Shown here: positions 11,706-20,741 of the stretch, piece after piece
Layout of the letters: every line of letters begins with the position of its first letter
How positions within the stretch are numbered: the first letter of the stretch is position 1
Source: Truepera sp.
Lineage (GTDB): Bacteria > Deinococcota > Deinococci > Deinococcales > Trueperaceae
Direction: 5' to 3'
NCBI GenBank assembly: GCA_965218435.1
Contig: CBDCKW010000009.1
Location: forward strand, 1-64,000
Length of the DNA: 64,000 nt
The notes under the pieces: model-generated
The model's database searches: none
What the model was told of the DNA's origin: nothing
The model's input: only the letters and a program-made list of their open reading frames with translations
Made by a program: the position numbers and the translations under genes

Positions 11706-12386
11706 TTATAACGAATAGCCCCCCGTTTCGTCATCACGCACGACCTGCCCGCCGCGCAGCACAATCGTCCGTAGCCGCAGCTGGTCTACCAGCTCTTTGG
11801 CGTGCGTTGCAACAACTACCGTTGTGCCCTTGATATTGATGTCGTTTAAGAGTTCTAAAATCTCCTGCGCCGTATCCGGGTCCAAGTTGCCGGTCGGCTC
11901 GTCGCACAAGAGCAGCGGCGGATTCGTGACCATCGCGCGGGCAATCGCCACACGCTGCTGTTCACCCAGAGAAAGTTCGACCGGGTACGCTTTGCGTTTG
12001 TGAGCTAAGGCAACCTGGCGGAGGGCTAAGAGAGAGCGGTGCTCGAGGTTTCCCTTTTCCCCGGTTGCCCGCAGCGCAAACACCAAGTTTTCCGACGCGC
12101 TCATGTTAGGCAACAGCCGGTGATTTTGAAACACCATTCCAATGCGGCGGCGAAGCATGGGTAACCGGTACGCCCGCAAACGGGCGAGGTCTTGCCCCAA
12201 GATATGTACGCTGCCTTCACTCGGGGTGATGCGGCGCAAAATCAGCGATAGAAGCGTTGATTTGCCCGCCCCGGAGTGACCGACGATATACAAAAACTCG
12301 CCCTTTTGAATGCTGAAGTCAACGTTTCTGAGGGCGTGGGTGTGGGTGCGCGGATAGGTTTTGGTAACGTGGCGAAACTCAATCAC
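11706..12386 (-). CDS. ftsE: Cell division ATP-binding protein FtsE
   Basis: MIEF.HVTKTY, GHSGAGKSTLL, LRRRIGMVFQ, LSLGEQQRVAIARA, DEPTGNLDP, GTTVVVATH, C-terminal RD...GGY. Confidence 0.88.
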   Translation of the reverse strand: MIEFRHVTKTYPRTHTHALRNVDFSIQKGEFLYIVGHSGAGKSTLLSLILRRITPSEGSVHILGQDLARLRAYRLPMLRRRIGMVFQNHRLLPNMSASENLVFALRATGEKGNLEHRSLLALRQVALAHKRKAYPVELSLGEQQRVAIARAMVTNPPLLLCDEPTGNLDPDTAQEILELLNDINIKGTTVVVATHAKELVDQLRLRTIVLRGGQVVRDDETGGYSL

Positions 12387-12417
12387 GGTAGTTCAGTCTA
12401 CCTTGTATACTCTGCGG

Positions 12418-13230
12418 GTGTTAGGGGCAACGAAGAAGACAAGCTGGTGGCTCATCGGTTTGGTGCTAGTCGTCTACGTCGCCCTGAGTATCTGGATTAA
12501 CCTCTATGGGTTCAGAGCGGGCCTGCTTGACGTTGAGCTATTTGGTGGTCTAATTAACTCGACACTCGTCGCTAACCTTTTACTACTTGCTGTAGTTGTC
12601 GTCGGCTTGCTTTTTGGTCTGGGACGGTTACGTCCGAGCGACGTAGGGTTGTACCGGCAGCAGATTGTACCTGCGCTACTCGGCGGAATGACTATCTGGG
12701 TCGGCTTTCAGCTTGTCGCGCTCGTGGTAGCACTTATTTCAGGTTCCGTAGCTATGAGTTCCCTTTGGCGAGGTGAGGGAAACGCAGCTATAGCAGGACA
12801 GCTTATCTCCGAGCTTTTCGGCAACTCGCTTGTTGAAGAGATTGTGTTTCGCGGTTTCTTCTTTGTTCAACTTTTACTTCGCTTCGGTCGTTTTTCGCGT
12901 AAATGGGTCGGTCTCACTTTGGCACTTGTAGTTTCGCAGGCTGTTTTTGCCCTTTTGCACATACCTAACCGCTTATGGGTGAATGACATGACGCTGCCTG
13001 ACACACTCGTAGATATCACTAACGTTTTCATCATTGGTTTGATTCTAGCTCTCGTCTATTGGCGTACTCGTAACTTGCTGTTGGTCGTTACTATCCATGC
13101 GTTAAAGAATGAACCTACCTACGTGATTGCAACGTCTGACACGGTGCGTAGCCTTACCATACTGCTATTTATGGTTGGGCTGATACTCTTCTGGCCCCGC
13201 CCTTCAGCAATTCAGCCCGCCAACGCTTAG
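12418..13230 (+). CDS. CPBP (CAAX protease/Abi) family intramembrane metalloprotease
   Basis: EEIVFRG, FALLH, H motifs; multiple TMs; start moved to GTG 12418 (TATACT-N6-GTG). Confidence 0.82.
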   Translation: MLGATKKTSWWLIGLVLVVYVALSIWINLYGFRAGLLDVELFGGLINSTLVANLLLLAVVVVGLLFGLGRLRPSDVGLYRQQIVPALLGGMTIWVGFQLVALVVALISGSVAMSSLWRGEGNAAIAGQLISELFGNSLVEEIVFRGFFFVQLLLRFGRFSRKWVGLTLALVVSQAVFALLHIPNRLWVNDMTLPDTLVDITNVFIIGLILALVYWRTRNLLLVVTIHALKNEPTYVIATSDTVRSLTILLFMVGLILFWPRPSAIQPANA

Positions 13231-13256
13231 CTAAACTAAGTCGTTGCAGCCCCTAA

Positions 13257-14192
13257 TTATTTATACGAAGCTAGCGTCTCTAAAAGCAGTTCTAACGCGG
13301 CGTCTCGGTCAATCTTATACGCGACTTGAACATTCGGCGGCGCAGCGTCCCTCGCCCGGTTCCCACGTTCGTCTACGACCGTCATCCCCCGCGTGTGCTC
13401 ACCGCGCAGTTCAACCGCGACGTGCCGGGTGCCGAACTCAAACAGTTGGGGATGCGTCAGGGCTAACACGGCGCAAGGGTCGTGCAGTGGCCCCTCGGCG
13501 CGGCCAAAAAAGGCGTCGGCGTAGGCTTGGCCGTAAAACCCTAAGAGGTCGGCGGCGAACGAGGCAACCGGGTTATCCAGCGCCCGAATCCGGGCCACGT
13601 CGGCTTCATAAATCATAAATTGATGGGTGACGTTGAGGCCGCACATTTTGAGCGGGACGCCGCTCGTAAAAACGATGTGCGCCGCTTCGGGGTCAGCCCA
13701 GATGTTGAACTCGGCGGTCGGCGTGCGGTTGCCGGGGCCTGCGCTGCCGCCCATGATGGAGATGCCGCCTAACCGTTCGGCGAGGTCGGGAGCCTCCCGC
13801 AACGCTAGCGCGACGTTCGTTAATGGCCCGACCGCAACGAGCCAGACATCAGCTGTTTGGCGTAGCGTCTCGAGGATAAAACGCACCGCGTCGTGACCTG
13901 CCGGTTCACGGGTCAGCCCAGGCAAGACCGGCCCCCCGAGCCCCGATTCACCGTGAATATCGGGGGCGTGCTTCGCTTCGGCGACGAGTGGGCGCTCAGC
14001 CCCGGCGTAAACCGGCACGTCGAGTCCGGCAATCTGCAAGGTTAGCAGGGCATTACGCGTCGTGTCCTTTAGGGGCGCGTTCCCGCTGACGGTCGTCACC
14101 CCTAAAAGGTCACAGTGTTGGGCGGCGAGCAAGAGCGCGAGCGCGTCGTCGTGACCGGGGTCGCAATCTAAGATAATACGTGGGCGGGGCAT
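13257..14192 (-). CDS. Inosine/uridine-preferring nucleoside hydrolase
   Basis: ILDCDPGHDDA, GPLTN, MGG...GN.TP.AEFNIWADPEAA, LHDP; TATAAT-N5-ATG. Confidence 0.93.
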   Translation of the reverse strand: MPRPRIILDCDPGHDDALALLLAAQHCDLLGVTTVSGNAPLKDTTRNALLTLQIAGLDVPVYAGAERPLVAEAKHAPDIHGESGLGGPVLPGLTREPAGHDAVRFILETLRQTADVWLVAVGPLTNVALALREAPDLAERLGGISIMGGSAGPGNRTPTAEFNIWADPEAAHIVFTSGVPLKMCGLNVTHQFMIYEADVARIRALDNPVASFAADLLGFYGQAYADAFFGRAEGPLHDPCAVLALTHPQLFEFGTRHVAVELRGEHTRGMTVVDERGNRARDAAPPNVQVAYKIDRDAALELLLETLASYK

Positions 14193-14307
14193 AGGGCATT
14201 ATAGGCAGCTACAGCAGCTAACTTCTGGTTGCAAACGTCCTTGTCAAAATTCTGTTTCAAATGCCCACGTCGTGAGGCTACGGTTGCGTTGTACGCCAAC
14301 GTGACGG

Positions 14308-14754
14308 GTGCAAGCGAGTAGATTGAGAAGTGTGGGTTGGGTATTTGCGCTTTTCGTTGTAGCTATCGGCCTCGAGGCCCTCACTCAGAGACCTTTTCTG
14401 GCAACCCGTCTGGGTATTCTCTTCGGCTTTAGTTGGGGCGGAAAACGTTTGGCTAGGCACCTCTACGAAGTCCGGGCGCTACCCGCGTTCGGTTTCCGAG
14501 CTGCGGCGCAAACCTGGGGCGAGACGGTGCTGGTAACCCCCGAGCTACTCGCGCATCCTCAGTGTGCGGCGACGCTGGCGCACGAAGCGTGTCACGTGGC
14601 GCAGTACCGGTGGTACACGAGTTTTGGTTTTTGGCTTCGCTATTTGGGCGAATGGCTGTGGGGACTCGCCCGCACTCGAGACTTCTTCCGCGCCTACTAT
14701 GACATCAGCTTGGAACGAGAAGCCCGCGCCGCCCAATCTCGACCCCGGCCCTAA
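14308..14754 (+). CDS. Small HEXXH zinc-metallopeptidase-like protein (DUF4157-like)
   Basis: AAQTWGETV, LAHEACHVAQY, YYDISLEREA; start uncertain. Confidence 0.6.
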   Translation: MQASRLRSVGWVFALFVVAIGLEALTQRPFLATRLGILFGFSWGGKRLARHLYEVRALPAFGFRAAAQTWGETVLVTPELLAHPQCAATLAHEACHVAQYRWYTSFGFWLRYLGEWLWGLARTRDFFRAYYDISLEREARAAQSRPRP

Positions 14755-14817
14755 ACCTGTGGGGCATCCTTCAGTTCACAACGTCGGGGCTTTTTAGCAT
14801 GAACTCAGGAGGCTTTT

Positions 14818-15594
14818 ATGTTAGACGGTAAAGTAGCGTTTGTCACTGGGGGCGGGTCGGGGATCGGTGAAGCGGCGGGGCGGCTTTTGGCCGAACAAGG
14901 TGCGAAGGTCGTGCTGATCAGCCGGACGAAAAGTGAACTCGAGCAGGTCGTCAGCGACATCAAAGACAAGGGCGGTGAGGCGACGGCGCTCGAGGCCGAT
15001 GTGAGCGACAGTGAAACGCTCAAGGCGGCGGTAGACGAGACGGTTTCAACCTACGGGCGGCTCGATATCGTTTTTGCCAACGCCGGGGTCAACGGCACTT
15101 GGGCGGGCATCGAAGACCTGAGCGAAGACGACTTTCGCAAAACCGTAGACATCAACCTCGTCGGCACCTTTTTGACCATCAAGTACGCGGTACCGCACCT
15201 TAAACAGCAGGGTGGGTCGGTCGTCGTGACGGCGTCGGTCAACGGCACGCGGATGTTTTCCAATTCGGGCGCAACGGCGTATGCGAGTACCAAAGCGGCG
15301 CAGGTCGCGCTGACTAAGATGCTGGCGCTCGAGCTCGCCCCGCAGAAAATCCGCGTCAACGTCATTTGCCCCGGCGCAATTGACACCGAAATTGACGACA
15401 ACACCGAGCAGGCTAACAGCGGGGTCGGCGTCAAAGTTGACTTTCCCGAAGGCAAAGTGCCGCTGACCGGCGGTCAACCGGGTAAGTCCGAGCAGGTCGC
15501 GCAGCTCGTGCTCTTTTTGGCGTCGGACGCCTCGAGCCACATCACCGGGACCGAGGTCTGGATTGACGGTGCGCAGTCACTTTTGCAAGGCTGA
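14818..15594 (+). CDS. SDR family oxidoreductase
   Basis: TGGGSGIG, ANAG, YASTK, RVNVICPG; SD aggagg. Confidence 0.93.
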   Translation: MLDGKVAFVTGGGSGIGEAAGRLLAEQGAKVVLISRTKSELEQVVSDIKDKGGEATALEADVSDSETLKAAVDETVSTYGRLDIVFANAGVNGTWAGIEDLSEDDFRKTVDINLVGTFLTIKYAVPHLKQQGGSVVVTASVNGTRMFSNSGATAYASTKAAQVALTKMLALELAPQKIRVNVICPGAIDTEIDDNTEQANSGVGVKVDFPEGKVPLTGGQPGKSEQVAQLVLFLASDASSHITGTEVWIDGAQSLLQG

Positions 15595-15813
15595 GAGTTT
15601 CACTTTGCGGCTGATACCAAGGTATCGTAGCGGGCAAGCCGCGAAGCGACTTTTGTACGACATTCGTTAGTGCGTGCGGCTAGGTATTCGCGCATAGCGT
15701 AGGCTTCTCGCCCTCGCGTGTCGCGCGGCGGAGGCTTTAGTAGCTTGGCTGACAGTTACTCACGGTTTGAGTATAAGAATGTCTGTCAGTGAGCTTCTTG
15801 CGAAGGTAAGGAA

Positions 15814-16120
15814 TTAAAACAAGTTATACGAGCCGATTATGGTAAGCGGCTCGGGAACAGTTGGCTCTGCCAACCAGTCCTTTGTACTTATTTGAAACGT
15901 CTGAAATTCAGGCATCGCCGTGAGCGGGTTTTCAGAGGGCTGCTCGAGCGCCAGCAAGATAATAGATAATGTACGTGGTGCTGCTAGAGAGCCGCGACGA
16001 CGCATACTTCACACCCGAAGGTTGCTAGGCGTTAAGGGCTGCAAACATGGTTTTGACTGCAGCCTCGAGGTCGTCCACATGTTCAGGTTTAGCCTCCGCA
16101 CGAAACATCATGACGTGTAC
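15814..16120 (-). pseudogene. Degenerate tandem paralogue of the 16147-16446 gene
   Basis: MMFRAEAKPEHVDDLEAAVKTMFAALNA*QPSGVKYAS aligns to the neighbour; in-frame TAG at 16025-16027; 7-bp duplication (agataat x2, 15957-15970) causes a frameshift. Confidence 0.85.
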
Positions 16121-16146
16121 GGGGAATCCTCTCGGGCTTGTTCGAT

Positions 16147-16446
16147 CTAGACCAGGTTGTATGAACCGACCACGGTGAGGTGCTCGGCGGTAGGCGGCCC
16201 CGCCAGCCAGCCCTCGAGCCCGTCTTGGAACGCCCGGAACTCGGGAATATCCGTCAGCGGGTTTTCCGGGGGCGACGCGAGCGCCAGCAAGATAACGTAT
16301 GTTTCCCCGTCCGCCAATCTTAGCGAAGCGTACTTAACCCCTCCGGGCTGCTGGGCCTCGATAGCTGAGAACATGGCCCTAGCGGACGCCTCGAGGTCGG
16401 CGACGCTTTCGGGCTTGACCTTCGCGCGGATCATGGTGACGTTCAT
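16147..16446 (-). CDS. Small ABM-like (dimeric alpha/beta barrel) protein, 99 aa
   Basis: MNVTMIRAKVKPESVADLE...VVGSYNLV; SD aagggag before ATG 16446. Confidence 0.7.
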   Translation of the reverse strand: MNVTMIRAKVKPESVADLEASARAMFSAIEAQQPGGVKYASLRLADGETYVILLALASPPENPLTDIPEFRAFQDGLEGWLAGPPTAEHLTVVGSYNLV

Positions 16447-16484
16447 GGCATTTTCTCCCTTTACCTGCTGAGCTCCAGCGCTCT

Positions 16485-16940
16485 CTACCACGCCTGCCCG
16501 GCGACCTGCTTGGTGATGACGTTCAGACGGTTCCAGACGTTGATGCCGGCGATGGCGAAGACCAGGGCCGCGAGCGCCTTTTCGTCGTAGTGCCGCGCGG
16601 CCTCGTTCCACACGTCGTCTGGCACGGGGTCGGCGCGGTCGCTCAGGCGGGTCGCGGCTTCGGTGAGCGCGAGCGCGGCGCGTTCGGCATCGGTGAAAAA
16701 AGGCGCTTCCCGCCAGGCCGCCACGGCGAAAAGCCGCTCGTCGGTCTCGCCGAGCTTTCGGGCGAGCTGCGGGTGCTGAACCGCGCAGACGCCACAGCCG
16801 TTGATCTGGCTGGCGCGCAGGTTGACGAGCTAGAGCGTCTTCGGTGCGACGCCCCCCTGTTCGACCGCCTTGTTCAGCGCCTGTAGCGCCTGCATGGCGT
16901 CGGGAATGACGAATACGGGGTGCTTCATACGTGCTTGCAT
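16485..16940 (-). pseudogene. Carboxymuconolactone decarboxylase/AhpD family gene with an in-frame amber stop
   Basis: MQARMKHP...PKTL*LVNLRASQINGCGVC...AAWREAPFFTDAERAALALTEA; TAG at 16830-16832 (codon 37). Confidence 0.85.
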
Positions 16941-17008
16941 GGGTAACCTCCAGGGTCAAGAAGTGGTGAAGGCGTCTGAACGAAACGCCCTAGCGAAGCG
17001 GTGTGTGG

Positions 17009-17482
17009 CTAGGTCGGCCTACCGGGTGCCGTTTCCCCTTCCTCGCCGGTAAGCCCTGCAAGGAGCTGCTCGAGCTCCCCGAGAAAGCGCTCCCAACCAC
17101 GCGTCGCACCCTGATAGTTCGGCTCGTCTTGGGGCCGGAAGCCCGACTGCTCCATGTGGAGGCGCGTCCCTGTCGGGGTCGGGGTAAGCGTCCAGGTAAC
17201 GACCGTCGTGAGACCGTCTACAGCTGCGCCGGACGTTTTCCAGCTATACACTAGTCGCCTGTAAAGCTCGACCGCCAAGACTTCACCTTTGGTGACGCCG
17301 TTCCAGTTCGGCACAGGGTCAACACGGAAGGTGAAGTGGTGTCCGACAACCGGTTGAAAATCGCTTGGCATCAGCCACTGCTCGAGCAGCGCACCCTCGG
17401 TCAAGACCCGCCAGACCTTTTCGGGAGGGTGAGACAAAAGTCGGTCAACGACAATCGAACGCGCCGCTGTAACCTTACTCAT
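17009..17482 (-). CDS. SRPBCC/AHSA1 domain protein
   Basis: PPEKVWRVLT...WLM, RLVYSW, VTWTL, GW..FL..LE. Confidence 0.85.
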   Translation of the reverse strand: MSKVTAARSIVVDRLLSHPPEKVWRVLTEGALLEQWLMPSDFQPVVGHHFTFRVDPVPNWNGVTKGEVLAVELYRRLVYSWKTSGAAVDGLTTVVTWTLTPTPTGTRLHMEQSGFRPQDEPNYQGATRGWERFLGELEQLLAGLTGEEGETAPGRPT

Positions 17483-17819
17483 TGCTTAACCCATCTAATA
17501 AGGTCTCGAGTCGGTCGAGGCGGTCGCGCCAGAACGCGGCGTACAGCTCAACCCAGTCGATCAAGGGGACGAGCCCCTCGGGTTGCGCGGTGTAGTGAAC
17601 GGTGCGGCCCGAGGGCCGGTCACGTACGAGCCCCGCGCCCTTCAGCACGCTCAAATGCTTCGAGACCGCCGCCTGCGACACCCCAGCGCGTTCAGTCAAG
17701 GCGCGAACATTCTGCTCACCCTCGCGCATAAGGTGCTCGAGAATCCCTCTCCGAGTCGAATCGGCCAGACTCCGGAAGACCTCGTTTGGAGCATTAGGTA
17801 ATTCCATCTCATAGCTCAT
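17475..17819 (-). CDS. ArsR/SmtB family transcriptional regulator
   Basis: VFRSLADSTRRGIL, VSQAAVSKHLSVLKGAGLV, FW.DRLDRLE. Confidence 0.9.
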   Translation of the reverse strand: MSYEMELPNAPNEVFRSLADSTRRGILEHLMREGEQNVRALTERAGVSQAAVSKHLSVLKGAGLVRDRPSGRTVHYTAQPEGLVPLIDWVELYAAFWRDRLDRLETLLDGLSNE

Positions 17820-17854
17820 TAGTTATTTATAGCTCATGGGCTATGCATTGTCAA
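17811..17854 (-). promoter_or_regulatory. Leaderless sigma-A promoter of arsR with an overlapping operator-like palindrome and direct repeat
   Basis: Minus strand TTGACA-N17-TATAAA-N6-ATG; near-palindrome atagcccatgagctat; atgagctat occurs twice. Confidence 0.65.
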
Positions 17855-18004
17855 GCTTTTATGTCATTTGGTGTGCCTGTAGTTAGCTGCTAAGTCTATG
17901 GCGTAGGTATTCTCGGTTGAAGCGTAATCCAAACCCGGCAAATTAAACCTAACAGAGCCAAACCTACAAAGTGAAGCTCGATACGTGGGGTTAAAATAGG
18001 GCTT

Positions 18005-18397
18005 ATGAAAATAATCGCGACAGACCGCACCCAAGCTTTCATGGACGCGCTGCAAGCCTTAGAATCGAACCACGAACCCGACACGATAGTCGCACTTTTT
18101 ACCGATGACGCGACCCTTGAGCGGTTGACGCACAAAACGTACGAGGGCAAAGCCGACGCTGAAAAGTTTTGGAGCGAGTATTTAGAGCCTTTTAACACTA
18201 TTTCGACCGAGTTTTACAACGTCACCGAAGATGACGACGGGGCGGTGCTCGAGTGGGAGTCTCAGGGCGAACTCAAAAGTGGCAAAGCCATTCACTACAA
18301 AGGGGTCAGCTCACTCAGCTTTGACGGTGACAAGGTTGGGAGTTTCCGTACTTATTACGATTCCGCAGCGTTTTTAAGTGAGGGTGCGAAAGATTAA
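18005..18397 (+). CDS. SnoaL-like/NTF2 family protein
   Basis: ALFTDDATL, AVLEW, GVS.L.FDGDKV..FRTYYDSAAF. Confidence 0.8.
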   Translation: MKIIATDRTQAFMDALQALESNHEPDTIVALFTDDATLERLTHKTYEGKADAEKFWSEYLEPFNTISTEFYNVTEDDDGAVLEWESQGELKSGKAIHYKGVSSLSFDGDKVGSFRTYYDSAAFLSEGAKD

Positions 18398-18415
18398 CCC
18401 GCTGGAAACCAAAGT

Positions 18416-18442
18416 AAAAAAGGCCCATATTCGGGCCTTTTT
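18416..18442. terminator. Bidirectional intrinsic terminator
   Basis: aaaaaaggccc-atattc-gggccttttt between convergent genes. Confidence 0.75.
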
Positions 18443-18460
18443 CGGTTCTAGGCCAGCACT

Positions 18461-18889
18461 TTACTTGCGTGGGTCATACAGTTCTTGTGCACCCGCTTGT
18501 TGCAGAGTCGAGACCGCTTCGTCTACTTCGGACGTCTCGAGCAAGATATACCTGCCGCCATCTTGAATCGCCAAGCGAAAGGGTTCGGCAGCGTCGCCGA
18601 GTCTGCCGAGACGGTCCTCATCTTGATTGGCGTTGAGCAGTCCGCCACCAGCAGGTGCGGCTCCGAGGCCCTGAGCCCCCGTACCCCCCACGAGGCCCGC
18701 GCCTGCCAGCGGTGCCCCCAGCCCAACCTCACCGGAGTCATCGGGAACTTCGCTCTGTTCCGGGGGAATGTCGTTGCCCCGGTCTTCAGAGACGTGAACG
18801 ATATCGTCCCCGAGACCGGCGTCGTTAAGGGCGCTGACTGCGTGCTCGAGCGCGACCGAATCGTCAAAAATTGCAGCTACGGTAGCCAT
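18461..18889 (-). CDS. Hypothetical protein, general-stress-protein-like
   Basis: TVAAIFDD...AVSALNDAG, Gly-rich middle, L.QAGA; SD ggagg. Confidence 0.6.
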   Translation of the reverse strand: MATVAAIFDDSVALEHAVSALNDAGLGDDIVHVSEDRGNDIPPEQSEVPDDSGEVGLGAPLAGAGLVGGTGAQGLGAAPAGGGLLNANQDEDRLGRLGDAAEPFRLAIQDGGRYILLETSEVDEAVSTLQQAGAQELYDPRK

Positions 18890-18982
18890 TTGATCGCCTC
18901 CATGTGAGGTAAAGCGTGTAGGGTAAAGATTTTAGCAATTTGGCAAGGTTAAAGGGCACGCTTTGTGCCCCGGTTGGTGTGC

Positions 18983-19420
18983 TTAGCTCTTTAGGCTCTC
19001 GAGCTCACCGTGAGCACGCTGAATCGTGTCGCGCTGACGGCTGATTGTCTCTTTGAGGTCGGCGGGCAGATCGCGGCCCAACACATCGTCGTAGTTGTCC
19101 AGCGCGGCTTTTTCACCGCGTTCACTCTCTTTGATGATGGCGCTGTCGTCTTTGCCGGTCACGGTATCGCGTACGTTGAGCCAGGTACGGTGCAACGCGG
19201 CTCCGGCGCTACCGCCCTCTTTAGGGTCGCCCCCTAAACGGATCACCTCTTGCTCAAGCTCACCACGAAACTGGGCGCGGCGCTGTCCGAGTTGGGTCAG
19301 CTGCGACTTGAGCTCACTGCTTTTGGCCTCTTCAGCTGCTTCACGGTAGCCGTTTTCGCCGTCGATACAGGTGCCGATCAGGTAATTGAGTGATTTGATG
19401 GTTTCTTGTGTATCTGCCAT
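18983..19420 (-). CDS. PA2169/DUF2383 family ferritin-like four-helix bundle protein
   Basis: LN.LI.TC.DGE.GY..AAE, LHR.W, ESERGE..A...Y; SD ggag before ATG 19420. Confidence 0.88.
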   Translation of the reverse strand: MADTQETIKSLNYLIGTCIDGENGYREAAEEAKSSELKSQLTQLGQRRAQFRGELEQEVIRLGGDPKEGGSAGAALHRTWLNVRDTVTGKDDSAIIKESERGEKAALDNYDDVLGRDLPADLKETISRQRDTIQRAHGELESLKS

Positions 19421-19618
19421 AAAAATCTCCTCTGCTTGGGTCTTTGCCGTAGGCAAATTGGGACAACGAAGGGGACGCGCTAACAGGTTCTGCTAGTTTT
19501 CCGCCGCGCCCGTCCGTGTACCGTGCCTCTACCTTACTGAAAAGTGCTAAAGAGGATTTGCGCCCTGCTGACATTCGGTTTTCGCTTACAACGCCCAAAA
19601 GGGCCTGGGCGACAGAAT

Positions 19619-19655
19619 TGTGCTGTTAAAACTGCGTTGTTAAAACTGTGTCGTC
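19619..19655. repeat. 14-bp tandem repeat, site A
   Basis: tgtgctgttaaaac / tgcgttgttaaaac / tgtgtcgtc. Confidence 0.75.
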
Positions 19656-19683
19656 TCTTTTGCAGGGTTGCCAAGGCTCGAGG

Positions 19684-20523
19684 TTACTGAGAGCTGGCTG
19701 CGGTACCTTTTACATACGCCAGCAGCTCGGCGGGGTCGGCGCGAATCCCTTTAAGTGAACGGCAGAGCGAGGTGACGTCGCGCTCTAAGAGTTCGTCGGC
19801 GTTCGGGTTTTCACGAGTCTCGACCATCTGCGGCACATCGATGATAATGACCCGGCCCTGCCACCAGAGCAGGTTATAGGCGGAAAAGTCCCCGTGGACT
19901 TTGCCAAGTTTAAGTAGGGCTATGAGCAGCTCGACGCTCTGCGAAAAGGCGTCTTGGGCGTCGGCGTCACTGAGGCGCAAATCGGCGAGGCGGGGCGCTG
20001 CGCCGGTCTCGTCGCCGATAAACTCCATCAGCACCACGCGGCCCGCGCGGGCACAGTCGTCTGCGCCGGGGCCAACGACCGGTTTCGGGACGGGAATACC
20101 GGCCTCAAAGAGCGCCCAGAGCTCCCTGTATTCGTGCATCACCCAGAGCGCCTGCTGCGCGTTTACACCGGTTTTGCTTCGCTGCTCAATGGCTTTTTTC
20201 ACGCGGGCGTCGCTGACGAAGCGGCCTTCGCGGTAGCGCCCATCATTTTTGAACGAGCGCACGGCGGCGTCACGGTAGAGTTTGGCGGCGAGGAGTCCCT
20301 GCGGGCCACGGGCGAGGTAGACGGTGGCCTCTTTGCCGCTTTTAAGCTCCCCGACGAGTTCAGTGATCAGGCCACGCTCGAGTAACCCCTGCAGTCCGGC
20401 GTCGTCAAAGCCGTCCCCCTTGCGGAGCTGATTGACCGACCGCCGTCCCTTGGGTTTGTGGCGGTCTTTACGTTTGGCAAAACTTTCTTGTGATTCTGCC
20501 AGGTCATCATACTTATACTTCAA
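19684..20523 (-). CDS. RIO1 family atypical Ser/Thr protein kinase
   Basis: LKSGKEATVY, AAKLYR, VLMEFIG, VHGDFSAYNLL, IIDVPQ; TTG start with SD aggagg. Confidence 0.92.
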   Translation of the reverse strand: MKYKYDDLAESQESFAKRKDRHKPKGRRSVNQLRKGDGFDDAGLQGLLERGLITELVGELKSGKEATVYLARGPQGLLAAKLYRDAAVRSFKNDGRYREGRFVSDARVKKAIEQRSKTGVNAQQALWVMHEYRELWALFEAGIPVPKPVVGPGADDCARAGRVVLMEFIGDETGAAPRLADLRLSDADAQDAFSQSVELLIALLKLGKVHGDFSAYNLLWWQGRVIIIDVPQMVETRENPNADELLERDVTSLCRSLKGIRADPAELLAYVKGTAASSQ

Positions 20524-20638
20524 ATCCCCTCCTACGGGTCGCGGCTCAGGTCGTTACACCTGACTAATACGGCTACAAACCGGTAGCTGCCGGATAGCTG
20601 CTAGATAACTGCTGGGTTGGGGCGACTCGAGTAGGGGT

Positions 20639-20689
20639 TTAACGGTTATGCTCGAGGCGCGTGTGGGCGTTTGCTGAGTTGTAGGCCAT
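20639..20689 (-). CDS. Putative 16-aa leader peptide (MAYNSANAHTRLEHNR) upstream of the RIO kinase
   Basis: Strong SD GGAGGTGA just before ATG, directly downstream of a TTGACA-N17-CATACT promoter. Confidence 0.55.
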   Translation of the reverse strand: MAYNSANAHTRLEHNR

Positions 20690-20712
20690 ACGTCACCTCC
20701 AGTGTGGCCCTA

Positions 20713-20741
20713 AGTATGCGGTTTGCCGAGACGTTTGTCAA
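20713..20741 (-). promoter_or_regulatory. Sigma-A promoter for the leader peptide and RIO kinase
   Basis: -35 TTGACA (20741-20736), 17-nt spacer, -10 CATACT (20718-20713). Confidence 0.6.

Noticed and set aside
16025..16832. Two in-frame TAG codons in nearby genes, suggesting amber recoding or pyrrolysine
   Set aside because: TAG is the normal stop of many intact genes here (3445, 7556, 9767, 24519); one of the two genes is also frameshifted; no pyl genes are visible. Decay is the simpler explanation.
16147..16959. 270-aa ORF in the track
   Set aside because: The N-terminal 171 aa are an off-frame reading of the AhpD pseudogene; only 16147-16446 has an SD and a protein-like sequence.
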